From contig OY970355.1 of NCBI GenBank assembly GCA_963718525.1, positions 1,472,001 through 1,536,000 on the forward strand: a DNA stretch of 64,000 nucleotides. The letters run 5' to 3'. Each line of letters opens with the position of its first letter. The first letter of the stretch is position 1. The stretch is from Candidatus Dormiibacterota bacterium. GTDB lineage: Bacteria; Chloroflexota; Dormibacteria; Aeolococcales; Aeolococcaceae. Shown here piece after piece: positions 38,479 through 48,075 of this stretch. Under the pieces are notes generated by a model. The model made no database searches and was not told the origin of the DNA. It saw only the letters and a program-made list of their open reading frames with translations. Position numbers and translations under genes: made by a program.

Positions 38479-38601
38479 TTACAGATGAGCGATGAGGAGG
38501 CCGACCCCGGCCGCCACGATGAGGACGACGAGGAGGATCGACAGCGGGATCCACCAGGGAACGAAGCACCCCTCCGTGGGCGGCGGCGCAGTGGATTCCA
38601 T
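38479..38601 (-). CDS. 40-aa single-TM peptide
   Basis: MESTAPPPTEGCFVPWWIPLSILLVVLIVAAGVGLLIAHL; AAGGGGG RBS. Confidence 0.55.
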   Translation of the reverse strand: MESTAPPPTEGCFVPWWIPLSILLVVLIVAAGVGLLIAHL

Positions 38602-38669
38602 GTGTGCCTTCCCCCTTTGTTTGTCGAATTGACGAGACCCCTCTCGGAGCGCCCGAGTTGGTGCCGGTG

Positions 38670-38867
38670 TCAGCGCATAGGCACTGCCCTCCCGATGCAG
38701 GGATGCCTGCCCGCCGTCTCCAGGGGCTGCCAGCAAGCCGCGCAGACCCATCGCGGGGTGAGCAGCGGATAGATCGCCCACGCATGGCTGTCGAAGTTGG
38801 TGAGCGTCGTCGCGGCGAGTCGCTCCGCCGCCATGCGCACGCCGTGGGGTTGGATCAGCTGACCCAT
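38670..38867 (-). CDS. 65-aa protein with CxxC..HxC motif
   Basis: GAGGGG RBS; start overlaps the end of the upstream peptide gene; CAAC...HPC. Confidence 0.4.
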   Translation of the reverse strand: MGQLIQPHGVRMAAERLAATTLTNFDSHAWAIYPLLTPRWVCAACWQPLETAGRHPCIGRAVPMR

Positions 38868-38971
38868 AGCCCCTCGAGGAAGAGCCCGAAGAACACGAGC
38901 ACGATCACCAGGAGCGAGACCCACTCCGGGGCGTCCTCGTCAAAGCGCTCGCCGCCGATCCAATTTGCCAT
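38855..38971 (-). CDS. 38-aa single-TM peptide
   Basis: MANWIGGERFDEDAPEWVSLLVIVLVFFGLFLEGLWVS with GAGGAG RBS; below the ORF-track cutoff. Confidence 0.55.
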   Translation of the reverse strand: MANWIGGERFDEDAPEWVSLLVIVLVFFGLFLEGLWVS

Positions 38972-39077
38972 CCCGATCTCCTCAAACCCCGACACCTCAT
39001 TGGTTCGCGGAGTATGCGCCTAAAAGATTGCTTTAAGTACGCCTTAAGGCAAGTACGTTTTCCACACCGCGGCCGAG

Positions 39078-39278
39078 GTGCCGTACATTCGCCAGGTGGC
39101 GACCCTCCGTGAACTGCGCCTAGCGGCAGAGATGACCCAGCGCGAGGTTGCCGAGGCGGTGGGCGTCTCTCAGGTACAGGTGTCCCGATGGGAGGCGGAG
39201 GGAGGACCAAAGCCGCAACCCGGCAACCGCCGGCGCCTGGCGCGTCTGTTCAAAGTCGCGAAGATTGACTGGAGTTAA
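39078..39278 (+). CDS. Cro/XRE-type HTH regulator
   Basis: LRELRLAAEMTQREVAEAVGVSQVQVSRWE. Confidence 0.85.
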   Translation: MPYIRQVATLRELRLAAEMTQREVAEAVGVSQVQVSRWEAEGGPKPQPGNRRRLARLFKVAKIDWS

Positions 39279-39282
39279 GCTG

Positions 39283-39498
39283 TCACGGGCTCACGGCGCG
39301 CTGCACCGCGTCATCGTCGAGCACCTCGTGGGCGATGATCTGGCGCCACGACCAGCGGGTAAGAACCGGGGAAGCCTCACAGACCCGCTTGAAGCGCTCA
39401 GGGTTGCGACGTTTGGCTGCCGCCAGGAAGCGTGCCACCGCCGCCTCGTGGGCACTGTGGGCAGCCTGGGCGGCGGTGATCTCTTGGACCCCGAGCAC
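39283..39498 (-). CDS. Hypothetical protein (element)
   Basis: 71-aa ORF convergent on the HTH gene. Confidence 0.4.
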   Translation of the reverse strand: MLGVQEITAAQAAHSAHEAAVARFLAAAKRRNPERFKRVCEASPVLTRWSWRQIIAHEVLDDDAVQRAVSP

Positions 39499-39609
39499 GT
39501 CAGGATTCTAGCTTGATTAAGCGTGGTCGGATCAGTGGGGATACAGTCCACAGCTCCGAAGATCAGACGGTCATCCTGAATTGAGAGCTAGTCGCATGGG
39601 CAGGCATGA

Positions 39610-39657
39610 TGACTACGGATCAGAAGGTCGGGGGTTCAAATCCTCCTGGGCGCGCCA
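39610..39657 (+). repeat. attR, duplicated 3' half of tRNA-Arg
   Basis: 44-bp identity to 28585-28628, then GCCA. Confidence 0.95.
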
Positions 39658-39696
39658 GAACCGCCCGGGAGCCTAAGCTGGCTTGATGACAGTTCG

Positions 39697-40053
39697 GTGC
39701 TCGTGATCGTTTCTCACTTCTGGTTCCTCTGGGTGCCCATCCTGTTCATCGGGCTGTGGGTTGCCGCCTTCGTCTACTGGATCGTCGCAATCGTCGAGGT
39801 CGCGAAGATTCCCGATGCCCAGTTCCGGGCGACCGGCAGCGAGAAGATCGTGTGGCTGCTCATCGTCATTCTCGGCGGCATCATCGGCGCGCTGGTGTGG
39901 CGCTTCGCCAAGCGCGATGACGTCATCCGCTACAGGGGCGCGGTGCCGCCGCCTCCCCCTGGTTGGTACCCCGAGGGCGTCACCGGAGCGCTGCGCTGGT
40001 GGGATGGAGTCAGGTGGACTGACGTGCGTCATTTCCCGCCGCCAACCTCCTAG
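39697..40053 (+). CDS. Membrane protein with C-terminal DUF2510-like motif
   Basis: TM helices, then PPGWYP....LRWWDG..WT. Confidence 0.75.
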   Translation: MLVIVSHFWFLWVPILFIGLWVAAFVYWIVAIVEVAKIPDAQFRATGSEKIVWLLIVILGGIIGALVWRFAKRDDVIRYRGAVPPPPPGWYPEGVTGALRWWDGVRWTDVRHFPPPTS

Positions 40054-40129
40054 TCGCAGGGCGTAACCAACTGTTCCGCGGGCCGTTTGAACGAGCGCTC
40101 CTGCACACACTCCACCGGAGGTTCCGCCA

Positions 40130-40555
40130 GTGACCCGGGTCCTCAAGCTCGCCGCAGCTGCCACCGGCGCCGCAGTCATCGCAATTGCGGCATTCCTTCT
40201 TCACCCGCGTTCTGGAGCGCGCCGCCGAGCGGCGGCCCGCCGTGCCACCGTCGGCGTCGCATCTCTCGTCGGTTCGGCCGTCGACAGGCGCCCCGGACGT
40301 TTCGGGGCAACCGGCTGGGATGCGACGCTCGCCAATCGCGTCCGGGTTGCCCTCTCGCTGGGGTTCGGCGACCTCGCGACCGGGCTGGAGATCCGCGCCA
40401 GCCGCGGTGTGATCACCCTGCGCGGTGAGGTCGACGAGCTCACCGATATCACGCGGTTCGAAACCGCCGTTCGTGAAGTCGGCGACGTGGCCGACGTTGA
40501 CAACCTGCTCCGGCTTCGCACCCGCGATGCGAGGCCTCGAGTCCTCTCCGCGTAG
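40130..40555 (+). CDS. BON-domain protein
   Basis: DATLANRV...GVITLRGEV...VADVDNLL. Confidence 0.75.
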   Translation: MTRVLKLAAAATGAAVIAIAAFLLHPRSGARRRAAARRATVGVASLVGSAVDRRPGRFGATGWDATLANRVRVALSLGFGDLATGLEIRASRGVITLRGEVDELTDITRFETAVREVGDVADVDNLLRLRTRDARPRVLSA

Positions 40556-40588
40556 CCGGATCACCTCGCAATCAGTGACACTCCCCGT

Positions 40589-41623
40589 GTGTCGCTGCCG
40601 TTCGACCCGCCGCTCGAGCCGATGCTTGCCCGCGCAGCTCCGGAGATTCCCCGAGAGGGGGGATGGCTCTACGAGCCCAAGTGGGATGGGTTCCGCGCGA
40701 TCGTGTTTCGCGACGGAGCCAATGTCCACATCGCAAGCCGGAACGCACTCGCGCTCGAGCGGTACTTTCCCGAACTGATCGAGCCGCTTCAGGCCGCGCT
40801 TCCCGAGCGAGCTATCGTCGATGGCGAGGTGGTGATCGCCACCGACCATGGACTGGACTTCGACGCTCTGCAGCAGCGCATCCACCCCGCGGCTTCACGC
40901 GTGCGCATGCTGTCGGAGAAGACGCCGGCATCCGTCGTGCTCTTCGACCTGCTCGCCCGTGACGGCGAGGACCTGCGCGAGCGACCGCTCGAGCAACGCC
41001 GCAGCGGGTTGATGCGGGCGATCACGACCAGCCGGACAGTCGGCGTCACACCCCAGACCAACGATCCCGACGAAGCGTCCACCTGGTTCACGCGTTATGA
41101 GGGCGCCGGCCTCGACGGCGTCGTCGCCAAGGATCCCGCCGGCACATACCGGCCCGGGGAGCGTCGCTGGGTGAAGGTGAAGCACCTGCGCACCGTGGAC
41201 TGCGTGGTCGGCGGCTACCGGATCGCCAAGGATGGGCGCGGCATCGGTTCGCTGCTGCTCGGTCTCTACGATGCCGACGGCTCGCTGCACCACGTCGGGC
41301 ACACGTCATCATTCGACGCCGCCGAACGGCGGGCGATCCTCGAACGGCTCCAGCCGCTGGTCGGCGGCGATAGCTTCGGTCACGGGCGGACTCCGGGAGG
41401 CCCCAGCCGCTGGCAGCGCTCAGCCGACAGCGCCTGGACTTCGGTGAGCCCGGAGCTCGTGTGCGAGGTTTCCTTCGACCATCTGCAGAGCGGCCGCTTC
41501 CGCCATGCGTCGCGCTTTCTCCGCTGGCGACCGGATAAGGCGCCGCGCTCCTGCGACTTCGATCAGCTGTCGCCGCCCGAGGAGTTCTCGCTGGACGACA
41601 TCCTCGTCTCTCGAGGTTCATGA
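40589..41623 (+). CDS. ligC: ATP-dependent DNA ligase (LigC-like)
   Basis: PMLA, EPKWDGFR, DGEV, FDLL, DGVVAK, WVKVK, RFRH, RPDK. Confidence 0.9.
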   Translation: MSLPFDPPLEPMLARAAPEIPREGGWLYEPKWDGFRAIVFRDGANVHIASRNALALERYFPELIEPLQAALPERAIVDGEVVIATDHGLDFDALQQRIHPAASRVRMLSEKTPASVVLFDLLARDGEDLRERPLEQRRSGLMRAITTSRTVGVTPQTNDPDEASTWFTRYEGAGLDGVVAKDPAGTYRPGERRWVKVKHLRTVDCVVGGYRIAKDGRGIGSLLLGLYDADGSLHHVGHTSSFDAAERRAILERLQPLVGGDSFGHGRTPGGPSRWQRSADSAWTSVSPELVCEVSFDHLQSGRFRHASRFLRWRPDKAPRSCDFDQLSPPEEFSLDDILVSRGS

Positions 41624-41683
41624 GCCGAGGAGTTCGCAATCTGGACAGGGAGGCGGCACTCAGCATAGAGTGCCGGCGCGGTC

Positions 41684-42457
41684 ATGGCCGGTACTGACTA
41701 CAGCTCGTATCTGCGCATCGACGAGCTGCTCGAGCTGCAGCACCCGCTCACCGAGGGTGCGCACGACGAGCTGCTCTTCGTGGTCATCCATCAGGTCTAC
41801 GAGCTCTGGTTCAAGCTCATCCTCCACGAGCTGGATTTTGCGACCGCCGAATTGGCGGCCGGACGTCCCGAGGCTGCGATGGCGCCGCTGCACCGCACGA
41901 CGCGCATCGACGAGCTGCTGATTGCGCAGCTGCGCGTGCTCGAGACGCTGACGCCCGAGGGATTCCTCGCATTCCGCGATCCACTCAAGCCCGCCTCCGG
42001 TTTGCAGTCGGGACAGTTCCGGGCGATCGAGGTGCTCGGAGGCCTGGACGGGGCCACGCCTGCCGATACCTCACCGCTGTCGGACCACGACCGCGAGGAG
42101 TTGCGCCGGCGAGCTGGTATGCCGAACCTCTTCTCAGCGCTGTGCGCTTCACTCCGGGCTCACGGATTCGACGCGCCCGACGGTGACGGCACGGAGCTTC
42201 GCGAGCGGCGCCTGAACGCGCTGGTCGCGCTCTACAGCGACCACGCGACCGCGGAGCGCGCGGTCCTCCACCGGGTGTGCGAGCTGCTGCTCGACCACGA
42301 TGAGGCGATCTCGCGCTGGCGTTTCCACCACGCTCAGATGGCCGGACGCGAGATCGGGTCTCGACCCGGCACCGGCGGTGGTGGAGTCGCCTATCTCGAC
42401 ACAACCATCGCGCTGCGCTTCTTCCCCGAGCTCTGGGAGGTGCGCAACCGCCTGTGA
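41684..42457 (+). CDS. kynA: Tryptophan 2,3-dioxygenase
   Basis: YSSYL, HDELLF..HQVYELWFK, SGLQS.QFR, GTGG, FFPELW. Confidence 0.92.
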   Translation: MAGTDYSSYLRIDELLELQHPLTEGAHDELLFVVIHQVYELWFKLILHELDFATAELAAGRPEAAMAPLHRTTRIDELLIAQLRVLETLTPEGFLAFRDPLKPASGLQSGQFRAIEVLGGLDGATPADTSPLSDHDREELRRRAGMPNLFSALCASLRAHGFDAPDGDGTELRERRLNALVALYSDHATAERAVLHRVCELLLDHDEAISRWRFHHAQMAGREIGSRPGTGGGGVAYLDTTIALRFFPELWEVRNRL

Positions 42458-43705
42458 CCGTCGAACTTCCAGACAATCTCGACCGTAACTCGTGTGCCGC
42501 TCTGGACGCGCAGGATCCGCTCGCACCGTTCCGGGATCGCTTTCTCGATGACGGTGTCACCATCTACCTGGACGGCAACTCGATGGGGCGGTTGCCCAAG
42601 GCGACGATCCCGCGGTTGCGGGAGATGGCCGAGCGCGAATGGGGACGCATCCTGGTCCGGGGCTGGACCGAGTTCGGGGTGGATGGACTCTCCGGTCCGG
42701 GTCGGTGATGCAATCGGCCGTCTCGTCGGTGCGTCACCGGGTGAGGTGCTGGTTGCGGACACGACGTCTGTCGGCCTCTTCCGGCTGATGACGTCCGTGC
42801 TGCAGGCGCGTCCGAAGCGCCGCGTCATCGTCACCGAACGGAGCAATTTTCCCACCGACCTCTACATCGCACAGGGGGTTGCCGAGCTGCTGCGATGCGA
42901 GGTTCGCGCCGTCGAACGCGCGGGGCTCGTCGACGCGCTCGATGGCGACACAGCGCTGCTCCTGCTCACGGAGGTGGACTTCCGGACCGGGGAACGCCAT
43001 GACATGGGCGCGCTGACCGAGGCCGCACACGCTGCAGGGGCGCTGGTGCTCTGGGACCTCTCGCACTCCGCGGGCGCCGTCGAGATCCAGTTGAATCGCC
43101 ACAACGTCGACCTCGCGGTGGGCTGCGGCTACAAGTACCTCAACGGCGGACCCGGCTCGCCCGCCTACCTGTACGTCGCCACCGCGTTGCAGGATGAATT
43201 GCGCAATCCGATCCAGGGCTGGCTCGGGCATGACAACCCGTTCCTGTTCGACTCCGAGTACCGGCGCGCGCCGGGGATACGTGGCTGGATGAGTGGGTCA
43301 CCACCGGTGCTGGCGATCGGCGCGCTCGGTGTCGGCGTCGACATCCAGCTCGAGGCCGGCGCGCATGCGGTCGGGGAAAAGGCAGCCGCGCTCACGGAGG
43401 TTTTCATCCGCCGTGCGCATGCGCGTCTCGACGCGCTCGGGTTTGAGGTGGCGACGCCGACGTCACCGGATCGTCGTGGTGCGCAGGTGTCGCTCCGACA
43501 TGGGGACGGGCTCGCCGTCGTCCGCGCGGTTGCGGACCGCGGCGTCATCGGCGACTTCCGCCCGCCGGACATGTGCCGCTTCGGGCTCGCTCCGCTCTAC
43601 ACACGCTATGTCGACGTGTGGGACGCCGTGGAGCGGATCGCCGGCGTCGTCGAGAGCGGCATGACCGGGTTGCCGAGATACCATGAGGAGGTTGCGATCC
43701 CCTGA
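42454..43705 (+). pseudogene. kynU: Kynureninase with an apparent +1 frameshift at GGGG 42676-42679
   Basis: N-terminal DPL..FR, YLDGNS in one frame; WMD, FPTDLY, WDLSHSAG, CGYKYLNGGPG, RGAQVS in the next frame. Confidence 0.85.
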
Positions 43706-43707
43706 GC

Positions 43708-44247
43708 TCAGCTTGCCTGGGGTCGGGAGTACACGGCGATCGGCTTGAACACATAGGGCGTGACGGTGCACGCGCCGCTCTCCTGACAGACCCTGAAGCC
43801 GAAGATGATCCTCAGGTAGCCCACCCCTGCGTGGATGGTCCGGAACGTCCAGACCTCGGCGCCGGGGAACCCGCAGATTGCCGTGAGGTGGCAGGGCGGA
43901 TTCGCGATTGCGGCGAGGATGTCGGGGTTTTCGGATTCGACGGCCTCGCCGATCCCGGGGAGCAGCACGATCTCGACGCTCGAACCCAGGGGAACGCGAA
44001 CCTGCCCGGTGGTTTTGGGCTGCAGGACGATCACGTCGCCGTCGCGTCCTTCGACGTCGGAAACCGCTGCCACGGCCAGCGATCGGACCACGGCGGGCTT
44101 GGGGCGCGTCGCATAGAGCACCACGGTGATCAGCGCGCCAAGCACGATCGGGATGACCATCGCGGCGGTGACGAGCAGCCATCGCCGCCGTGCGACCCCC
44201 CTGGAGTTGGCGCTCAGCGCCTGGTCGTTTCGCGGGGTGCGCGCCAT
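43708..44247 (-). CDS. Membrane-anchored protein, possibly with a chagasin/I42-like Ig domain
   Basis: One N-terminal TM helix; GFPGAEVWTF...G...L pattern; four Cys. Confidence 0.55.
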   Translation of the reverse strand: MARTPRNDQALSANSRGVARRRWLLVTAAMVIPIVLGALITVVLYATRPKPAVVRSLAVAAVSDVEGRDGDVIVLQPKTTGQVRVPLGSSVEIVLLPGIGEAVESENPDILAAIANPPCHLTAICGFPGAEVWTFRTIHAGVGYLRIIFGFRVCQESGACTVTPYVFKPIAVYSRPQAS

Positions 44248-44915
44248 GCCGACCACGTTGACCACGCGACGATGAGCACCACCATCGCGACGATGACCCA
44301 GAGAGCGTAGTTGCTGATCGTCTGCGCCACGGCGACCGCGGGCTGGCCGATCGCCCACCCGGCTCCGACGATGGCGCCGATGTACGCGAGGGTGCCGATC
44401 AGGTCGGCCAGGATGAAGACCACGAACGGCATTCCGGCTTCGCCGGCGGCCATGTAGAAGAGTGGCGATGGTGCCGGAAGAAACGGCGCCAGCACGATCG
44501 TCCACACACCGTATTTCTTGAAGAACCGCTCGCCACGCGCCGCTCGTTTTCGCCACCGCGGGTCCGATGCGCTGAGGTAGTTGATCAGGCCCCTGCCATA
44601 CCGTTTGCCGGCCCAGAAGAAGAACGGGTCGGTCACCATCGCGATCGGGATGGGTGCGATCAGGGCCAGCAGCAGCGGGACCCTCCCGACCCTTGCGAAC
44701 CCGCCGGCGGCCACCATCGATGCGATGCTGCCGCGGAGCGCGCTGAGCAGGACCGGGTTGCGGCCGAGCAGCAGCGGCGTCAGCGGCAGCCCGACGTAGT
44801 AATAGATGGTGTTCGCGATGATCGGCCCGACACAGAGCACGTCCTTGATGCCGATCCCGGGACGGGGTCGAAGCGGCTCCGCCGGAGCGTCGGCGATCAG
44901 GGTCTCGCTGTCCAC
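44214..44915 (-). CDS. DedA/VTT family membrane protein
   Basis: FWAGKRYG, FFKKYG, AGEAGMPF..F. Confidence 0.8.
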   Translation of the reverse strand: MDSETLIADAPAEPLRPRPGIGIKDVLCVGPIIANTIYYYVGLPLTPLLLGRNPVLLSALRGSIASMVAAGGFARVGRVPLLLALIAPIPIAMVTDPFFFWAGKRYGRGLINYLSASDPRWRKRAARGERFFKKYGVWTIVLAPFLPAPSPLFYMAAGEAGMPFVVFILADLIGTLAYIGAIVGAGWAIGQPAVAVAQTISNYALWVIVAMVVLIVAWSTWSAWRAPRETTRR

Positions 44916-44950
44916 TGACCCATTGTCACCTCTCCTCGGAGGCGACGCGG

Positions 44951-45919
44951 TCAGGCGACGTCGCGGACGGGCATCTCGAGCGTAACAGCCGGCTCTGACG
45001 TTCGACTCTGGCCGATCAGGAGGAGCACGACGGCGCCGATGATCAGCGCGGCCGCCACCAGCGTGAGCGACGTCACCTGCTCGCCGAGCACGACCGCTCC
45101 CAGGGCGACCGCCACCACGGGATTCACGAACGCGTACGTCGACGCGGCCGTGACCGAGACGTGGTGGAGGAGCCAGATGTAGGCGACGTAACCGACGAGT
45201 GCCCCGATGAGCACCAGGTACACGAAGGCGGCCACCGAGGCGACCGACACATTGCCGAGATGGACGCGACCGAGTTCCCCGGTGGCAATGCCGGCCACGG
45301 TCAGGAGCGCGCCGCCGGCGATCATCTCCATCGCGATCGCCATGAGCGGCTGGCTCGGAGCCGGGGCCGTGCGTGCGTAGAGCGAACCGATCGCCCAGAG
45401 CAGCGGCGCCAGCAGCACCACCAGCGTCTGCCAATGGCCGGCGCCTGCGCCGCCCGGCCGGACCAGGAGAAAGATCCCGGCGAGCCCAAGCGAGATGCCG
45501 ATCGCCGCCGTCCAGTTGATCCAGCGGCCGCCGAACGCCGGCGCGAACAGCGCCATCCAAAGCGGCACCGTGGCGATGATCAGCGCAACGAAACCGGACG
45601 GCAGGTACTGCTCTCCCCAGGCAACGCCGCCGTTGCCGACGAGCAGCAGGCACGCTCCGATGATCAGCGCCGACCGCCAGTGAATGAGCGTCAGCCGCTC
45701 ACGAGGAGCTCCGGGACGGCGGGAGAATGCCATCAGCAGGAGCCCGGCGAAGATGAATCTCGCTCCCGACATCAACAGCGCCGGGAGGGTCTCGCTCGCG
45801 ATGTGAATCGTGAGGTAGGTCGATCCCCAGATGAGGTACACCGCGGCAAAGGCGACCACGATCTGAGCGCGAGAGGCCTGGGGACGGGGGATCTGGGCTA
45901 TGGACACGTTCCGTCTCAT
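44951..45919 (-). CDS. EamA/DMT family transporter
   Basis: VYLIWGSTY, about 10 TM helices, YAFVNPVVAV.LG. Confidence 0.9.
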   Translation of the reverse strand: MRRNVSIAQIPRPQASRAQIVVAFAAVYLIWGSTYLTIHIASETLPALLMSGARFIFAGLLLMAFSRRPGAPRERLTLIHWRSALIIGACLLLVGNGGVAWGEQYLPSGFVALIIATVPLWMALFAPAFGGRWINWTAAIGISLGLAGIFLLVRPGGAGAGHWQTLVVLLAPLLWAIGSLYARTAPAPSQPLMAIAMEMIAGGALLTVAGIATGELGRVHLGNVSVASVAAFVYLVLIGALVGYVAYIWLLHHVSVTAASTYAFVNPVVAVALGAVVLGEQVTSLTLVAAALIIGAVVLLLIGQSRTSEPAVTLEMPVRDVA

Positions 45920-45937
45920 TTGTTATAATACAAAGCG

Positions 45938-47263
45938 TTGAACGTACCGATACGTTATCACATCACGGGCCGGCGGGCGTCCGAGATCGCCGAGAGCGTC
46001 GAACGCGGTATTCGCGATGGCGAGCTCACCGCGGGGACCCGTCTGCCCACCGTGCGCTCGCTCGCATCTCATCGCGGGATCAGCACCGCAACGGTCGCCT
46101 CCGCGTATCGCGAGCTGCGCCGGCGCGGACTCGTTGCGGGCGCCGGACGGCTGGGCACCACCATCGCACCGCGGGTGCCGCCCTCGCCTCGAGGCAGGCC
46201 GATCGTTCCCGCCGGGGTCGTCGACCTGCTGTCGGGCAACCCCGATCCGGCGCTGCTGCCCGACCTCGGCCCGGCATTCGCATCGCTGCCGCGCGAGCCG
46301 GTGCTCTACGGCGCAGCGGGCTCCGATCCCGAGCTTTTGGCCCTTGCCGCAGCTCGCCTCGATCGTGACGGTGTGCCGAGCGACCATCTGACCGTGGTCG
46401 GCGGGGCCCTCGATGGGTTCCAGCTCGCGCTCCAGGCGCACCTTCGTCCCGGCGATCGGATCGCCGTCGAGGATCCCTGCTACCCGGGGATCATCGACCT
46501 CGCAGCCGCACTCGGCCTCACCGTGCTGCCGATGGCGATCGATGACAGCGGCCCGGCGCCCGAGGGTCTCGAGCGGGCGCTGCGGGGCGGCGCCGCAGCA
46601 TGCGCGTTGACGCCACGCGCGCAGAACCCGTATGGGTCGGCCGTCGATGCCGGCCGAGCTCAGGAACTCAGGGCGGTGCTCGCCCGGCATCCCGCGGTGT
46701 TGGTGCTCGAGGATGACCATGCCTTCGACATCACAGAACGGTCGTGCCACTCCCTCTGTGAGCCGGGGCGCGCTCGCTGGGCACATCTTCGGTCGGTCTC
46801 GAAGTCGCTGGGACCGGACCTGCGCCTCGCGATCATGGCCGGCGACGCGACCACCGTGGCACGCGTCGAAGGCCGCCGCCTCATCGCCGCCGGCTGGGTG
46901 TCGCATCTCCTCCAGCGTCTGGTGGCCCACATATGGAGTGATCCTGGCGAGGCGGCTCGCGCCGCGGATGTCGCGGCGATCTATTCGCACCGCCGTGAGA
47001 CGCTGCGTGATGCACTAGCTGCTCGGGGCATCGAGTCCCACGGCCGCTCGGGCCTCAACGTCTGGATCCCGGTTGCTCACGAGGACGCCACCGTCGCGGC
47101 GCTCCAGGAGCGTGGGTGGGGCGTGCTCGGTGGCGATCGGTTTCGCATCGCCAGCTCACGCGGCATCCGGGTCACGACCTCGCGGCTCGACGACGACGCG
47201 GCGTTCCGATTCACGGTGGACCTTGCAGCGGCGCTCACACCCCAGCCGTCGCGGCTGAGCTGA
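45938..47263 (+). CDS. MocR/GabR family regulator (GntR HTH plus PLP aminotransferase domain)
   Basis: LPTVRSLA...TVASAY; QNP, EDD, SKSLGPDLR; divergent from the EamA gene. Confidence 0.9.
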   Translation: MNVPIRYHITGRRASEIAESVERGIRDGELTAGTRLPTVRSLASHRGISTATVASAYRELRRRGLVAGAGRLGTTIAPRVPPSPRGRPIVPAGVVDLLSGNPDPALLPDLGPAFASLPREPVLYGAAGSDPELLALAAARLDRDGVPSDHLTVVGGALDGFQLALQAHLRPGDRIAVEDPCYPGIIDLAAALGLTVLPMAIDDSGPAPEGLERALRGGAAACALTPRAQNPYGSAVDAGRAQELRAVLARHPAVLVLEDDHAFDITERSCHSLCEPGRARWAHLRSVSKSLGPDLRLAIMAGDATTVARVEGRRLIAAGWVSHLLQRLVAHIWSDPGEAARAADVAAIYSHRRETLRDALAARGIESHGRSGLNVWIPVAHEDATVAALQERGWGVLGGDRFRIASSRGIRVTTSRLDDDAAFRFTVDLAAALTPQPSRLS

Positions 47264-47271
47264 GCCCGGCG

Positions 47272-48054
47272 ATGCCCGAGCACCTGTCGGAGCGGACCCA
47301 CCAGAACCGAGCCCGCGCCCTCGCATTCGGCGGCGTGGCCTCAACCTATGATCGCGCCCGCCCCTCGTACCCGCCGGCGCTCATCGACGCGCTGGTCGAC
47401 CCGGCGCCCCATCAGGTCCTCGACGTCGGCTGCGGTACTGGGAAGGCAGCCCGGCTGCTGGTCGGACGCGGCTGCGACGTTCTCGGCATCGAGCCCGACC
47501 CATCGATGGCCGCTGTCGCGCGGGACCACGGCATCACCGTCGAGGAGGCGACGTTCGAGGACTGGGAGCCGCGCGGGCGCGTCTACGATCTGGTCGTCTC
47601 CGGACAGGCATGGCACTGGGTGAATCCGGAGGTGGGGATCCCCAAGGCGGGCTCGGTGCTGCGCCCGGGTGGACGCCTCGGCGTGTTCTGGAATCGCGGC
47701 CGGCCGGATGGCGCCGCCGCTGCGGCGCTCGACGCCGTGTACACCCGCGTAGCCCCGGAGATCGCCAGGACGAACCTCGCGCTGAACCTGCCTCCCGAAC
47801 CCATCGACCGGACAGCGGAGTTCCGCCAGGGTGGCTTCTTCGGCGACGTCTCGGTGCGCACCTTCCCCTGGGCCACCGTGTACGACCGGGCCGGATGGAT
47901 CGAGTTCGTCTCCACGCTCGCCGATCACATCCTCCTTCCCGACGCCCAGCGGCGTGGGCTCCTCGATGCGCTCGGCGACGCAGTCGACGCTGTCGGGGGC
48001 AGCCTGACCTACCGGTACTCGACGCTCCTGGTGCTCGCCACGCGAGGGATGTGA
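47272..48054 (+). CDS. Class I SAM-dependent methyltransferase
   Basis: YDRARPSYP, VLDVGCGTG, QAWHW, LRPGG. Confidence 0.88.
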   Translation: MPEHLSERTHQNRARALAFGGVASTYDRARPSYPPALIDALVDPAPHQVLDVGCGTGKAARLLVGRGCDVLGIEPDPSMAAVARDHGITVEEATFEDWEPRGRVYDLVVSGQAWHWVNPEVGIPKAGSVLRPGGRLGVFWNRGRPDGAAAAALDAVYTRVAPEIARTNLALNLPPEPIDRTAEFRQGGFFGDVSVRTFPWATVYDRAGWIEFVSTLADHILLPDAQRRGLLDALGDAVDAVGGSLTYRYSTLLVLATRGM

Positions 48055-48075
48055 CCGCAGCCGTACCATCGCTCG

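Noticed and set aside
38620-38780. Possible riboswitch upstream of the secreted cargo protein
   Set aside because: GC-rich stems can be drawn, but I could not match c-di-GMP or c-di-AMP consensus motifs, and the region is better explained by a small CDS with an RBS.
39610-39657. Possible second tRNA-Arg
   Set aside because: Only the 3' half is present, with no D arm or 5' acceptor strand; it is attR.
39697-41623. ligC, BON and DUF2510-like genes as element cargo
   Set aside because: They lie outside attR and look chromosomal.
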